The notes beneath the pieces were generated by a model that was given only the letters and a program-made list of their open reading frames with translations, was not told the origin of the DNA and ran no database searches. Shown in pieces: positions 24,120-37,376 of a stretch of 64,000 bases of DNA. Source of the DNA: Octopus bimaculoides. Its lineage: Eukaryota. The DNA lies in NCBI RefSeq assembly GCF_001194135.2, contig NC_068995.1, forward strand, positions 32,535,574-32,599,573. The letters are read 5' to 3'. The position numbers and the translations under genes are program-made. Position 1 is the first letter of the stretch, and every line of letters starts with the position of its first letter.

Positions 24120-24960
24120 CTTCTGAATGGGATGCCAGAGAGCCCCTTCAGTCATGAATGACCATAGGATTGCACCTAGAAAGTCTGGGTAAGGTTGTTT
24201 ATGGAAGACCAACAGTCACCGATGCATACCAGCCTCCCTTCTCCATGCCACTGATGTTGTCGAAGGGAAAAGCAGAGGCTGATACAGCTTGGCACCAGTG
24301 ATATCGCAACTTATTTCTACAGCTGAGTGAACTCAAGCAATATAAAATAAAGTATCTTGCTCAAGAACACAACACGCAGCCCAGCCTGGGAATCAAACTC
24401 ACCTCGTGATTGTGAGCCTGATGCTCTAACCACTGAGCCATGCCAGTCCATTGCATGGTTATTCATCTACAGCAGAGTCAACTGGAGCAACATGAAATAA
24501 AATTCTTTGCTCAAGAACACAATGCACCATCTGGGAATTGAAAGCACAATCTTGTGGCCGTAAACTTAACACTGTAACCATTAGGCCATGCTCCTTCATG
24601 TGTAACAAAAATATAAAACTCTCAGCTAAGGGTCAAGGGGAAAAACCACTTTCAGTCATGAATGACCATGGGATTGCAACTAAAAAGTTACCCTCCAAGG
24701 CACAGGGCTGGGCATGGGTGTTTATGGAAGACCAGCCTCTCCTCTCCATGCCACCTTTGACTATCCAGGGGCAAGTCAAAGTCCAATACAGCTTGGCATC
24801 AGTGACATTACAACTCATTTCTACAGATGAGTGAACTGGAGCAATGTGAAATAAAGTGTCTTGCTCAAGAACACAACACACAGCCCAGTCCAGGGATCAA
24901 ACTCACTACCACATGATTGTGAGCCTGACACTCTAACCCACTGATCCATGCACCTTCACA
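24120..24960 (-). mobile_element. Cluster of three SINE family 3 copies (tRNA-like head ggctcagtggttagag..)
   Basis: Three repeats of cttgctcaagaacacaa...ctctaaccactgagccatg-like blocks. Other copies near 14995-15290, 31095-31325, 39836-40030, 49391-49685 and 59682-59915. Confidence 0.85.
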
Positions 24961-25429
24961 AACATAGAAAAGTGGATGTTAAATAAGGATGAAGACTTTT
25001 GTTCACTAGCTGAGTCAGGAGAAAGGAGCAGTGCCATGGTCCTTCAAGTGGCATTCCTAGAGAGACTGACACCATTAAGTCAACCTTTAAAAGCCAACAA
25101 ACTACAGGCAAAACAGAATGGGGAAGGATGACACTCTGGGAAGGCAGGTACAGTGACTAATATGGGACTTGTGGGTTGAACACAATAAGAGTGATGAGAG
25201 GAGGAGACACATGTAGGACAGGAATGCCTGAGAGGAGGTGACACAAGATCAGCCAGATCCAAGGCAAGTAAAGGCCTTATGACTGGATTGGGTAGACGGA
25301 AACTGAAAGAGGGCCATCAAATATGTGTGTGTGTATGTGTGTGTTTTTCCCACCATTACTTGATAAGTGGTGTTGGTGTATTTACATACTCATAACTTAG
25401 CAATTCAGCAAGAGACTGATATAAAATAG

Positions 25430-25710
25430 TAGTATGCTTTTGCTGAACCACTAAGTTATGGGGACATAAACATACCAACACCGGTTGTCAAGCAGTGATA
25501 GGAGGGACAAACACAGACACAAAGACACACACACATATCTGTGTGTGTGTGTGTGTAATGGGCTTCTTTCAGTTTTCACTTACCAAATCCACTCACAAGG
25601 CTTTGGTCAGTCCAAATCTATAGTAGAACACACTTGCCCAAGGTGCAACATAGTGGGGCTGAACCCAGAACTATGTGGTTGGGAAGCAAGCTTCTTATCA
25701 CACAGGCATA
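25430..25710 (-). mobile_element. SINE family 1
   Basis: Family match. Confidence 0.9.
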
Positions 25711-25863
25711 TCAATATTTATATTTTTTATTAGGTATAAAACCACAGAATTATGCTAGGAAATAAGAATAAGAAGTTGCAACATTTAAACCTTTTCCAAG
25801 TTGTAAAGCACTTGGAACAGAGATTTTCCAACATAGAAACGAAAATAATATTGTGGTACTCAC

Positions 25864-25959
25864 CCCATTTCTTGATGGTTTAGTACATTTTGTATGATAC
25901 CTTCAATCACAGATATACCATCCAACTTGTCAAAGATATCACTATGGGATGTTTTATCA
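25864..25959 (-). CDS. NBAS: NBAS exon 18 (96 nt): DKTSHSDIFDKLDGISVIEGIIQNVLNHQEM(G)
   Basis: gttttag / gtgagt, phase 2-2. Matches DPLKVLEGVVAAV. Confidence 0.9.
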
Positions 25960-26368
25960 CTAAAACAAAAACAACAATCAAGATTATTTTCATTTTTGTA
26001 TACACTTACAAATATAGAACAAAAGATTTATGTTCACTTTCACATACACAAATACAATGTTAATATTGATATCTGTTGTTGGTGATGTGGTAGTGGTCAT
26101 CGTGGTACTGTTGTTTAGCCCTCAAAGTCAACAGTGACTTTTGTTTTAACGACTTATAAAGAGGAGGAAAGGCAGTAACAATGAACTTTGTTGAATCTTC
26201 AAAACTGGCAAGAGAAAGGAAGAGTTATGATCAGGCCAGAAACCTAACCTTGCCATACACTGAACTCTGCTGAAGGTAACTATGGTCACCAGGAGGAAGA
26301 AGGGAGAGTTGGAGGTCATTTCTAGAAGGTCAAGTAACCACTTAGAAAGGCTCTGTTATTTAAATGCT

Positions 26369-26773
26369 GGCACAGGCATAGTTGTGTGGTAAGACACTTG
26401 CTTCCCAACTACATGGTTCTGGGTTCAGTCTCACTGCATGGCACCTTGGGCAAGTGTCTTCTCCAATAGCCTCACGCCAACGAAAGCTATGTGAGTGGAT
26501 TTGGTAGATAGAAACTGAAAAAAGCCCATCGTATGTGTGTGGGGTGTGCATGTGTGTGTGTCTTTGTGTTTGTCCCATACCACCACCTGACAACTGATGT
26601 CAGTGTGCTTATGTCCCTGTAACTAAGCAGTTTGGCAAAAGAAACCAATAGAATAAGTACAAAACTTTAAAAAAAAAATAAATACAGGGGTTGATTCATT
26701 TGACTAAAAACTCTTCTAAGCAGTACTCCAGTATGGCCACAGTCTAATGACTGAAACAAGTAAGATAAAAAAG
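26369..26773 (+). mobile_element. SINE family 1, full length
   Basis: A box tagttgtgtgg, B box ggttcagtctc, tail gactgaaacaagtaagataaaa. Confidence 0.92.
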
Positions 26774-27769
26774 AATATAGGTTACACCAAAGTTTCATGT
26801 ATATTTGTTACTGAGAAACCAATGTATAACAGTGGATTTTATAAACCACAATTTTCCACCTAAATATTTGAAATTATGCATAGGATCATTGTAACTATTT
26901 CTGGTATTTTCTATAAAGCTAGACAAGGCTGGATAGTGATAGTAGTTCAGAATACTTCTTTGATATCTCCTGCAACAATAGAAAATATGTCTAAGTAGAG
27001 GATGAATTTTTTTTTTATTCTGATTCTTTCCTAATCCATCTAGTTTTTCAACCAGGATCAAGTTTTATTATACAACTTAAAACTTGAAAACTGATGATGG
27101 ATATGTCACCTGAAGACCACAGGAACCATTACCACTTCAAATGAAGAACAAATAAAACTAGAGTCAATAACACAATTTGCTTTTAGTGGAATATCAACAA
27201 CTGTTTCTCAAAAAGTTGAGAAGAAGAAATACTAGAATACAAGGAAATACGTGACAATATAATCAAGAGAAAACAGATTATAAATTCTAAAAACAAGATT
27301 ATTTTCTTATTTTTTTACAACTTCTCTCAAAAGTGTCGTTTTCAAATCATCTTTATCGCAAACGATTTTATGAAGCTGGTGTCAGCTGAACAGATCTGCA
27401 ATATGTTATCTTTCCACATATCTTCTTCTTTTCCAGCACCACACTCACCACCATCATCATCATCATCATCATAATCCATTGCCACCACAACCACCACCAT
27501 CATCATTATTATCATCATTCAACATCCATGCTTCTATGTTTGTATGGGTCAGGCAGAATTTGAGGCAGATTCTCTACAGCCAGGTGCCCTTCTTGTCATC
27601 AACCTTCACCTGTTTCCAAGTGAAGTAATATTTCCCATTGGCCAGGAGAGTGGAAACAAACATTGCTTGTATGACAGTGATGCTCGTTTACAACCATCAC
27701 ATGGCAAACACACACACACACACACATACACACACACACATACACACACACACATTCTATTTATATTAC

Positions 27770-28850
27770 TCATCTAAATCATAATACTAACATTTAACCT
27801 GGAACTATTTATTTCTTCAAATAACCTTCAAACTGTAATACCCTAAAATCTTAGTTCTCTGTCCCTGTTTGATAATGTTTTTGCCATTGTTCTCTAAAGT
27901 TTGTATGCATTCTTGTTTTCTTTTGTCTCTCACTGTTGCCATGTTTCTTTCCCCAATGACAGTAGTCTGGCCATAGTTCCCTCTTCTCAATGACTACTCA
28001 CTGCTATTTCTATTTCCTGCGGCAAAACTGGCCGTCTTATTTCACCATTTCCAGTTGTGGTTCTTATAAAGGCTCTTTAGCACATGTTTTCTTAGACTTT
28101 CACACCGCCTGATTCACTGTTGTTTTGCGATATGCATAGCTAAGAATTTGTTTCTCGTTTTTTAATTGCCTAATTCATTCATTCATTCATTCACTCATAT
28201 AACCCACCATACAAACATGTACTATCATAACATGTAACTATTTAATTCTTTAAATAACCTTCAAATCATAATGCCCTAAAATCTTAGCTCTCCATCCCTG
28301 TTTCATAATGTTTTTGCCATTGTTTTCTAAAATTTGTATGCATTATTGTTTTAGTGTTGCCATGTTTCTCTCCCCAGCAATAATAAACTTGCCATTGCTT
28401 GTCTGTGATGCACCCACCCATTCTTGCACCCCAACACCTATACTGGAAATCTATTCTCAATACCAGAAACCCCTACAGGGCTCTGTCTCGTTTCTGTACC
28501 AGAGGACTTACATACCTTCGTCCCTCCTTCCCCACCACCAACAATCGCACATTACTGCATGCACCAAAAGGTGATATGTTACTTAGGAAATTATTAGTAA
28601 ATTAACAAACCACCTACTTCTTTCTCCCTATATATAATGGACTAACCAACAGCAGATCATTTATATAATTAATTAATCTACACACTGACCTATTTATATT
28701 TGCAGCAGTAACACTTATATTTACAATGCTACTCACGACCAACAGGGACAACAATTTTAATATGTTTGAATGATAGTAGGTGAAGGCGAGACCAACTAAT
28801 GTGACATGTCTATTACCAAACGATCACTGAAACATTCTTTTCAGGTACCT
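27770..28850 (-). repeat. Unclassified interspersed repeat with (TGAA)n end; partial tandem duplicate at 27770-28040
   Basis: 28240-28850 aligns with 44065-44905 over several hundred bp. Confidence 0.8.
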
Positions 28851-29341
28851 CTATTGGAGCTTATCAATGCACTGCCCCCTTGGGATAAAACTACATGGTC
28901 ATTTAAAACATTTAGCAACTATATAAACAACTGACTTTTCTATTTTTTTGCTTTTTAAATGGTGGAGAAAAGAGGTGAGAGTGAGTCACTTACAAGTGAG
29001 ATTACTATTTACATTATATAGAGTACGATTGATATTTTCTATTTCTTTTACTTTTAACAGTGGTAGAGAGTTTGATTAGAAAGTTTCTTACATGTTGAAG
29101 ATTTTATTCTGGGAGTCTTTCAAGGGTCTTAATTTATTTCTTCTATTTATCATTGTTTTTTTTTGGGGGGGNNNNNNNNNNNNNNNNNTTGTAGAAGACA
29201 CTTGCCCAAGGTGTCATGCAGTGGAACTGAACTCAAGACCACATGGTTGGGAAGCAAGCTTCTTAACCACACAGCCATGTCTGCGCCTATTCATAGCCAC
29301 ACCTATGTTAAGGAATTCCTACGTAGAAGTTAAATACTCAC

Positions 29342-29484
29342 CAGATGTATTCAGTAGTATATACCAAAGCATTTTGGACAACAGCAGCTGTATTCCAGTC
29401 TTTGATGCTTTTAACAGACAGAATTTCATCAATTAATTCTAGTGGATGACCATCTACTAATATTTGGATGTGTAGTTTCTTTAT
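29342..29484 (-). CDS. NBAS: NBAS exon 17 (143 nt): IKKLHIQILVDGHPLELIDEIL...AVVQNALVYTTEYI(C)
   Basis: ttttccag / gtgagt, phase 0-2. Matches ICLDGQPLAMIQQLL..DIVQSA. Confidence 0.93.
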
Positions 29485-29833
29485 CTGGAAAAAAATAGCA
29501 AAAGAAGAAACAGATAAACATAAATAAAACTAAATGAGTGCCATGTTTATGTTATTCATTGTATTATATAAACATCCCTTCCACATCACACAGAACAGTG
29601 ACAGAGACAGAGACAGTCTAAGGAACAGTGACTACCACATACATTGTCATCATTATCACAGCTACCACTACCACCACCATCATCATCATTATTTTACATT
29701 TTTTTTACCATGGATTGAACAGATTACCACCAACTAAATTACATCTTATTCAGAGTTACTGTTCTTCTAGATGTTTTGGAGAACCACATCTCGCTCATAT
29801 ATTCCATTTTTGGCATATGTATACTTATGTATA

Positions 29834-29878
<45 letters not shown>

Positions 29879-30138
29879 AAGGGTTTTCTCAGGTACAGCA
29901 TCTCACCAACTGTTGCTCAGAGTACCATGTGGAGGGATTCAATACAAAACTACATGATTGAGAAGCAAGAGTCTTAAACACACACAGTCATACTTGTGCA
30001 TATTCTGTACACATACACACAACCGAGGGTGAGAGTGAAACTGGAACCCTATGGTTGTGAAGCAAACTTCTTAACCAAACAGCCAGGTCTGTACCCATTT
30101 TAATGCAAAATCACATTCCAGTTTTACTGTTCACTTAC

Positions 30139-30301
30139 CTGCTCAATATTGCCCATGGAGAGATCAAACTGCTTAGCATATTGATTCATAGATGTATCAT
30201 CAGAGGATTTCAAGGTGTCGATTATAGGGTTGTTTTGAGATCGTAGATGCTCGAGATAACCTTCAATTGTATCTGCAGCCATAATCCATGTCACATCACA
30301 C
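30139..30301 (-). CDS. NBAS: NBAS exon 16 (163 nt): CDVTWIMAADTIEGYLEHL...NQYAKQFDLSMGNIEQ
   Basis: tttctag / gtaagt, phase 2-0. Matches LEKSLAHL and KYSHLYDLS. Confidence 0.93.
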
Positions 30302-31955
30302 CTAGAAAATGTATGGAAATTATTTTAACATAAACAAGACAAAGAAAATATTTTAACAATGACAATAAATAGCAAGGATGAAAAATATATTCATCACCAG
30401 AATGTCTTTCAAGCTAAAACTGGTTACAGTAAGCTAAGGAGATCTTGTGTCTATCATTAAAATGTGGTTTCCATTGCAACCCCATACTAACCATGCCTGT
30501 CATGTTCTTCAAGTAAATTGATAAGAGCTTTTGATTTTAAAGTTGTGACACTTGACCAACTGCTAACCAATCATAAGAAGGCTATCAAATGGATGAAATT
30601 TTTGTTACATATCAGAATCTCCTACCAACTCACCTTGAAAAATGTGCTTGAAACAAACCTTAGGATCAAATAATTATTAGAAAATGCATTGAATTCTTAT
30701 CTGTCTTGCTAAATACAAACACTCACAGACATACTACACATGAAATCATTTAAAGATTCTCTCTCCTGCTATTCTGAGATTCAGACAGGTGTAAAAGTAC
30801 ACAGAAGCTCAGTCAGGCTACATTTTAGTGAATGAAGCAGTACACTGCCAATGCACCACTTCATTTATATAGACTAACTGAGCATAAGTGTACTTCTACC
30901 CCTGCGGGCAATTCTGAATATTAACAGAGAGAATCATCAATTGATTTGTTGTTAGCCGAAACCCAAGCCCTCTTTCCTTCATCATGGATGGTTTGCAGGA
31001 TTAAGGAATTTGTAACACATTGAATTTCAATTTCCTCAATCATTAGCCATGTACAAGAAGAGCTCTCAACCAGATGTTCTTTTGCAAACTAACTCAGTAA
31101 TGAATGACTGAAGAACCTGCACAGATGACTTGTTTACTCTGGCCAAGTGTTTGTGGAACACATAAATTCCCTCCCTCCATCAACCAACATTGCCTGTGAA
31201 GATGCAGTGTGCCACCATCAGATGTCAAGATAATCACAAAGCAACACAAGATGGAAGTGTTTTGTTCAAGAACATAAAGTACCACCCAGTCAAGGAATCA
31301 AATCTGCGATCTCGCAATAGTCAAGGCAACGGTGTGTGTGTGTGTGAGTGTGTGTGTGTGTGCGCGCGCGCATGCGCGTGCGCACATACATACATACAAT
31401 GGGCTTCTTTTAGCTTCCATCTACCAACTCCAATCTTTTCAAAGCTGACTTCATACAAAACAACACTATACAATGAATTTTGGGAAATTGACCAATGATT
31501 CCCATTTAGCATTTAAACCAGCTATATCTGGCCCAAATATTCTACCTATTTACATTCAAACTGGCCATCTACTCTACAATGTTATTCTAACTCACACCTA
31601 AACTGCAATGTTATTCTAAAAGTAAACAATCACATCATCAAAATCGCAAAGCTACAAAATAATACATGGTTAATTCAAAACAATGTGAATAGATAAGCAT
31701 CACATTTGACAGAGGAATTTGAATGCTAAAGGGTTAAATAGAAATATGAACCTATCTAAAAAACTCCTTCTCCTGGTATACTTTATTGAGTCATCTTGAG
31801 TTCTTCAATACCTTCAAAAACAGGTGAAAGTTACAGACTTAAAATTACTATGAATTCTATATGCAATGCTTACTACAACTGATGACATGTTCAGCTTCAT
31901 CTAATGGACAATATTCATCACCTTACTAACTCCAAAAGATTTCAAAAATCCTTAC

Positions 31956-32050
31956 TTGCTATCATCTTGCTTTTTTTTCTTCTTTCCTTCATCTTGATGA
32001 CAATACTTTAAAGCCTTCTTTAAAATATTTTCTCTGCAGTTTAATGTCAA
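31956..32050 (-). CDS. NBAS: NBAS exon 15 (95 nt): LTLNCRENILKKALKYCHQDEGKKKKQDDS(K)
   Basis: ttcacag / gtaagg, phase 0-2. Matches LSVEARKEMTRKAIK. Confidence 0.92.
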
Positions 32051-32907
32051 CTGTGAAATGTAAAAGAAATAAAATACATCAATGACACAACTCTTTATTA
32101 TTAATGAAGTATTGGATTGCCAGATATATTCAGTCATTTTTTCCCCCTTCATTTTAATCCTTTCTCAATGTTATTTGAATTCTTTTCATTGTAATGTTTT
32201 ACAGGGGTGGGGGTTGTAGCTCTACTCTTCCTCTATAACTATCGTTTTTGAAACCTATATAAATTCTAACTCTTTTCAGGCATGTAATGATGCAGTACCA
32301 AGCAGAAATAAAGAAAAAAAAATTATCTGACAGCCTAATATTTTAGAAAGAAAAAATACACCATACAACTAAACAATTAATTCTACTTCTAAATATCATC
32401 ATCATCCACTAATGTCTATTTCCATGCAGGCATGGGTTGGACAGTTTAACCAGAGCTGACAAGTTGGAGAGCTGCAGCAGGTTCTGGTCCGATATGGCTT
32501 GGTTTCTATAGTTGGATGCCCTACCTAACACCAACCACTTTACAGTGTGTGCTGAATGCTTTTAACATGACACTGCATGAGTGTTCTTATGTGACGCTGG
32601 CACAAGTGCTTCTTACATGGCACTGCCACAGGACTCTTGCAGGCCAATCCTCTTCACCAGGGGGTGCAACCTTAACACTTCTGCTGCAGAGCACAAACTT
32701 TTTGAGTACAACAAGGCACCAAGTATCTCAGTCCTTAGTCATATCATCTGAAAGGTTCAGCATACTGAGGTCATCTTTCAGTACTATGTCCTATGCCTTC
32801 CTGAGTTTCCCTCTTACACAAGCTTCTTTTTCTTTTTTAATTATTATAATGTGGATCTTCATCCACTTGTATGTTATTGTCGGCATTGTAATATTCTTGT
32901 AACCAAG

Positions 32908-33133
32908 GGCGATGAGCTGGCAGAATTGCTAGCATGCTGGGCAAAATGCTTAGCAGTATTTCGTCTGTCGTTACATTCTCAGTTCAAATTCCGCTATGGT
33001 TGACTGCCTTTCATCCTTTTGGGGTCGATTAACTAAGTACCAGTCACACACTGGGGTTGATGTAATCTTAATCCCTTTGTCTGTTCTTGTTTGTCCCCTG
33101 TATGTTCAGCCCCCTGTGGGCAATAAAGAAATG
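32908..33133 (+). mobile_element. SINE family 2 with 11-bp TSD (aatattcttgt, 32890-32900 and 33134-33144)
   Basis: gagctggcagaat..ttagcatgc..agttcaaattccg head. Other copies at 39290, 42225-42793 (three), 53588, 53806 and 58186. Confidence 0.88.
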
Positions 33134-33155
33134 AATATTCTTGTCGCCACTAATA

Positions 33156-34690
33156 TGTTGTGGCAGTATTCCGCATCTTATTATCTGACTCGTCAATCAT
33201 GCTATCGCTGATAGCTCTGCAAGACAATGACTTTGAAATGTCTACCTTGATGGTAACTTGAACTTGTATACATCACATAACTGGCACAGACTCCAACTGA
33301 GAACTTGTACAATAACTCTACTACTACTACTACTACTAACCTGCTGCAATGAATGACTGTCTAACTTTACAGTGGTTATGTCATACCACTTTGTCACATA
33401 GGAAGGAGTGTACCATTTTCACTACAACATCTCCCCTTTTAGCTTCTTTTTCTCCTTGAGAAGCGAGTAATTTTATTTTACTTTATTCACCCCTCTTCCC
33501 TTTTTAGCGTTTATTTTTTCAACTTAATATTCTTTCCTTTTGGCGTCTATTTATAGGAACTGTGTTCCTCCTTTTTCTTCCACTTGTACACGTGGGCTCA
33601 ACCACCTGTAATGGTGTTGGTACCTGGAATGTGTCATACAGCCATTCCATAGGTTCTTCTAATCTGTCTGGTCCATTTTCTATGAATCTCTTCTTCAATT
33701 GGTTTCTGTATCTTTTTTCAGTACCTTTCCTGCTTTCCATTCCATACATCATTTTTCCTCTGTACTTTATAATTTTCCCTTCTTTGTAGTACTGCTTTCC
33801 GTTTTTATACGACCTCATGCATATCTTATCACCAAGTTTGAAACATTTTAGATTGTCTTTTCTGGTACTTTTTCTTTCCTTGCCAGGTAACAGTTTATCA
33901 AAAACTGATTTCACCTTCCTCGTGCACATCAGTTCTGCTAGTGAGCTTCTTGCAGGTGAATTGGGGTTCAGTGTCACCCTGAATACCCTTAGGAATTGCT
34001 GCAGAGCGACTTTGTCTGTGGCTTCCTTGTTTGCTTTTCTCAAAGCTCTTTTAAAAGTATTCACAAAACGTTTTGCTTATCCATTTGATCTGGGATGGTA
34101 AGGTGCCATCGTTTTATGTTCTACCGTGAACATTTCACAGAATTTTCTAAATTCACTGGACACAAATTGTGTTCCGTTATCAGATACAATCACATCTGAG
34201 ATGCCAAATCTTGCAAATAATTTGTGCAAAAAATTTATTACCATTGCAGAGGCTGGCCCTTTGCACTTAATTTCCAGCCATTTTCTAAAATTGTCAACTA
34301 CTACTAAGTAGTAATTGCCATTTGATGGGCCTGCAAAATCAATGTGTAGTGTAGTCCATGGACTTTTTACTTCTGGCCAAGACTCACATTTTTGAGTAGG
34401 CAATTTCGCTGCCAGAACACATACTCTGCAGCCTTTTACTACGTTTTTAACTTCTTTGTCCATATTCAGCCAATACACATAACTGCGCATAAGCGATTTC
34501 ATCCTTGCAATCCCCAAATATCCAATACAGAATTCTTTCAACATCCATTTTTGTAGAGTCTCAGGTATCACTACCATTTGACCATACATCAGTACGCCAA
34601 TTACATTAAATCCTATCCAGGTGGGGGACTTATTCACCAATGAAACCGGGAAACTGGCCCTTATGAGCCAGGCATGACTCAAGAAGGAAC
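33156..34690 (-). mobile_element. Second Ty3/Gypsy fragment: integrase plus one LTR (33156-33429)
   Basis: H2C2 and integrase core (WTTLHIDFAGP, VSDNGTQFVS, PYHPRSNG); PPT ctaaaaggggaga; LTR termini tgttg..caaca. Confidence 0.92.
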
Positions 34691-35503
34691 AAACAATGAC
34701 ATATAAATATCTGTTTGCATAAATCTACTGTAAAGTAAATCTGACTTAAAATACGAAGTTTAAAAAAAAGGAAGAGTATGAACATGGCAATTGCAATTTT
34801 AATCAGCTTAAGATCCTTTAGTTTCAAATTAACCAAAGTTACTTGTGCCAAATTAAGTTCAGAAAGTACATCAGACCCATAACCAATTCCTCAAATTCTG
34901 GATTTGAATAGAGCTACACATATGTTAAGCTATATAAAACATTCTTTCCATGCTTCTAGCATTGTCTCAATCTTTCTCATTCCATCTTCATCTGTTTGAC
35001 TGTCTGTCAGTCTCTCTCTCTCTCCCTATCTAGCTACATTGTATACTGAACTCATAGTTATGAGTTCAACATACAGCGAATTGCAGTCATTTATACTTTT
35101 AGACTAACTAACATTAGTTTTCTTAGTTAATATACCAAAAAGTTAATATATGAATATAATTTCAAAATAGAAGTGCTCTATGTGTTTGAATATGACATCA
35201 TGATGCAAAACATTTTTGTCACAAAATCAAACATCTGATATTGATAACACACACACACACACAAAGTAGAAAATATTTGTTTGACATAGAAAACAAACAA
35301 AGTGTGAAGCAAAGATAGAGATTGGCAAAAAGTCAAACAGATATTCAAATGAATAAGAGAGTCAAAAAGAGAGTAGGAGATTTTAAAAAATGGAGTGACA
35401 GGTAAAATACAGAGTGATAGAAATTAGAAAAGAGAAAGAATTAGAAATATGGAGACAATGATAGAAACAAGAAAAAAATAGGAGAGTTGATGATATAAGT
35501 GAC

Positions 35504-35617
35504 CTTTTCTCTTGAAGTCAACACAAATGTAATGGATTCCACAAACGTTAAGAATTCAGCAGGTATCATCTTCTGTGTGAACTCTAAACAATCATCATAT
35601 TGCTGAAGCCAATAAGC
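35504..35617 (-). CDS. NBAS: NBAS exon 14 (114 nt): AYWLQQYDDCLEFTQKMIPAEFLTFVESITFVLTSREK
   Basis: gtgcag / weak donor AAG|gtcact, phase 0-0. Matches WLHAYDVCMKYFDRLHPGDL..VDAVTF. Confidence 0.9.
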
Positions 35618-35984
35618 CTGCACAAAGAGAGATATTTAGTATATTAGACTTCAAAGAATTTCCTCAAATAACACACAAATGTGTTATTACCATACTTTTC
35701 TCAATGATTTCTAGAACAGAGCAAGAGTTATAGTTCATCAAGTCAATAAGTTAACATCTCAACAGACAAAGAATGGGCAAACTTTTACCATTAATGTTAT
35801 GATACTTAACTCTCACATCTAAAATACTGGTACCATCAAGAGTATACTGTGCAGTTTTTAAAAGTGGAGATGTGGAATAACTGACAAGAGGTTTGTTTAT
35901 ATCAGTGGTTCTCAACAGGGTTCCATATGGCCCTTGGTGGTCCATATAAGATTTTGTTGCTACAATTTGTGTGCAGAAGTCATG

Positions 35985-36475
35985 GCCAATGCCGATGATA
36001 CATGAAACACACCCATGCCAGTGACACATAAAAATCACCTGTGCCAGTGACATGTAAAAGGCATCCATGCTTGTGACACATGAAAGGGACCCATGCAGGT
36101 GAGACATGAAAGGGACCCATGCTGGTAACACGTAAAAGGCACCCATGCCATTGACATGTAAAAGGCACTCATGCCAGTGACATGTGCAAGGTACCCAAGC
36201 CAGTGACACGTAAAAGGCACCCGTACTGGTGACACATAAAAGGCACCCACACTGGTGACATGTAAAAGGCACCCGTGCCAATGACACATGAGAGGTACCA
36301 ATGCTGGTGGCATGCAAGCAGTACCTGTGCTAGTGACACACAAGAGACGCCTATGCCGGAGACANNNNNNNNNNTGTGCTAGTGACACACAAGAGACGCC
36401 TATGCCGGAGACACGTTAAAGGCACTCGTGTTAGTGACACATTACTGGCACCTGTGCTGGTAACACGTTAGAGGT
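35985..36475 (+). repeat. Degenerate ~30-bp tandem array (cacccatgccagtgacacgtaaaagg), related to RTE 3'UTR subrepeats
   Basis: More than ten visible units; the same motif recurs at 62760-63050. Confidence 0.85.
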
Positions 36476-37376
36476 AAAAAAATGTTTGAGAAATACTGGT
36501 TTATATGACAGAACAGAATTCACACTGAACTGAAATTAAACCCTATGTAAGACTTGTTTACTTTTCAAGACAAAAGCCATCTCTCACCTGTGTAACACCA
36601 TGATTACGGAGATGTATTTCTGCAAACAACATTTTTTTAGGTACTAACAATCTCTGATAAAGAAAATAGCAGAAACCATTTTGAAAAACAAAATGTACAG
36701 GTGAATTGGCTGGATGAATAAAATATAGGATTACCATGTTTACAATTTAAATTTACTGCAAAATTAATGAAATTAGTAAGAATTACTATAATTGGTGATG
36801 GTTATATTTTTGTCAATTGAACACACACTATATAATTGGTCTTCACTTCAGCTTTATTAGTATTCTTATTTTAGTGTCTTTAGCCAGAAATCTTTTGTTA
36901 CACATCCTGTAGCCTCTTCAATGATTCTCCATCTCACGTCCCCTCCTATTCTGTTTAGTCCATTATGTCTTTCTGCAGTATGTATTCTTATCTACACATG
37001 CATTTGCATCTGTATTTGTGTGTGCATGTGCATGTGTGTGTGTGCACACATGCACGTCTATGTGTTTAGTACATGTATTTTTTGTGTGCGTGTATATGGG
37101 CTTGCTTACAATACTGTTTGTATCCATGTCTTTTATTTAGTTTCTTTTTTCTATTACTCATTGAATTATTTTATTTCCTTCAGTCTGCCTTTAGTATGTG
37201 TATTTTATGTGTTATACGAGTTTGTGTATTATGCTTTTTGTATCTGTGACTTTTTTTTCATTTTTTCCACTTTGTCTTTTTTTTCTACTCAACTTTTTGG
37301 GGAAGCAACAACAGGAATGTGTTATTATTAAGATGTAAGAAGTCATAGAAGTTAAGTCAAAAGCAACAATACTTAC

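Noticed and set aside
26369-26450. tRNA genes
   Set aside because: The A/B boxes belong to SINE heads; I see no complete cloverleaf. This applies to all three SINE families.
26795-27061. Cassette exon in NBAS intron 17
   Set aside because: The acceptor is good, but there is no convincing phase-2 donor and no NBAS similarity.
35441-35503. Hydrophobic read-through tails after NBAS exons (also 48084-48169 and 52884-52949)
   Set aside because: Expected from U-rich introns; no independent support for membrane-anchored isoforms.
36326-36413. 39-bp exact direct repeat
   Set aside because: It flanks a 10-N gap on both sides, so it is most likely unmerged contig overlap.
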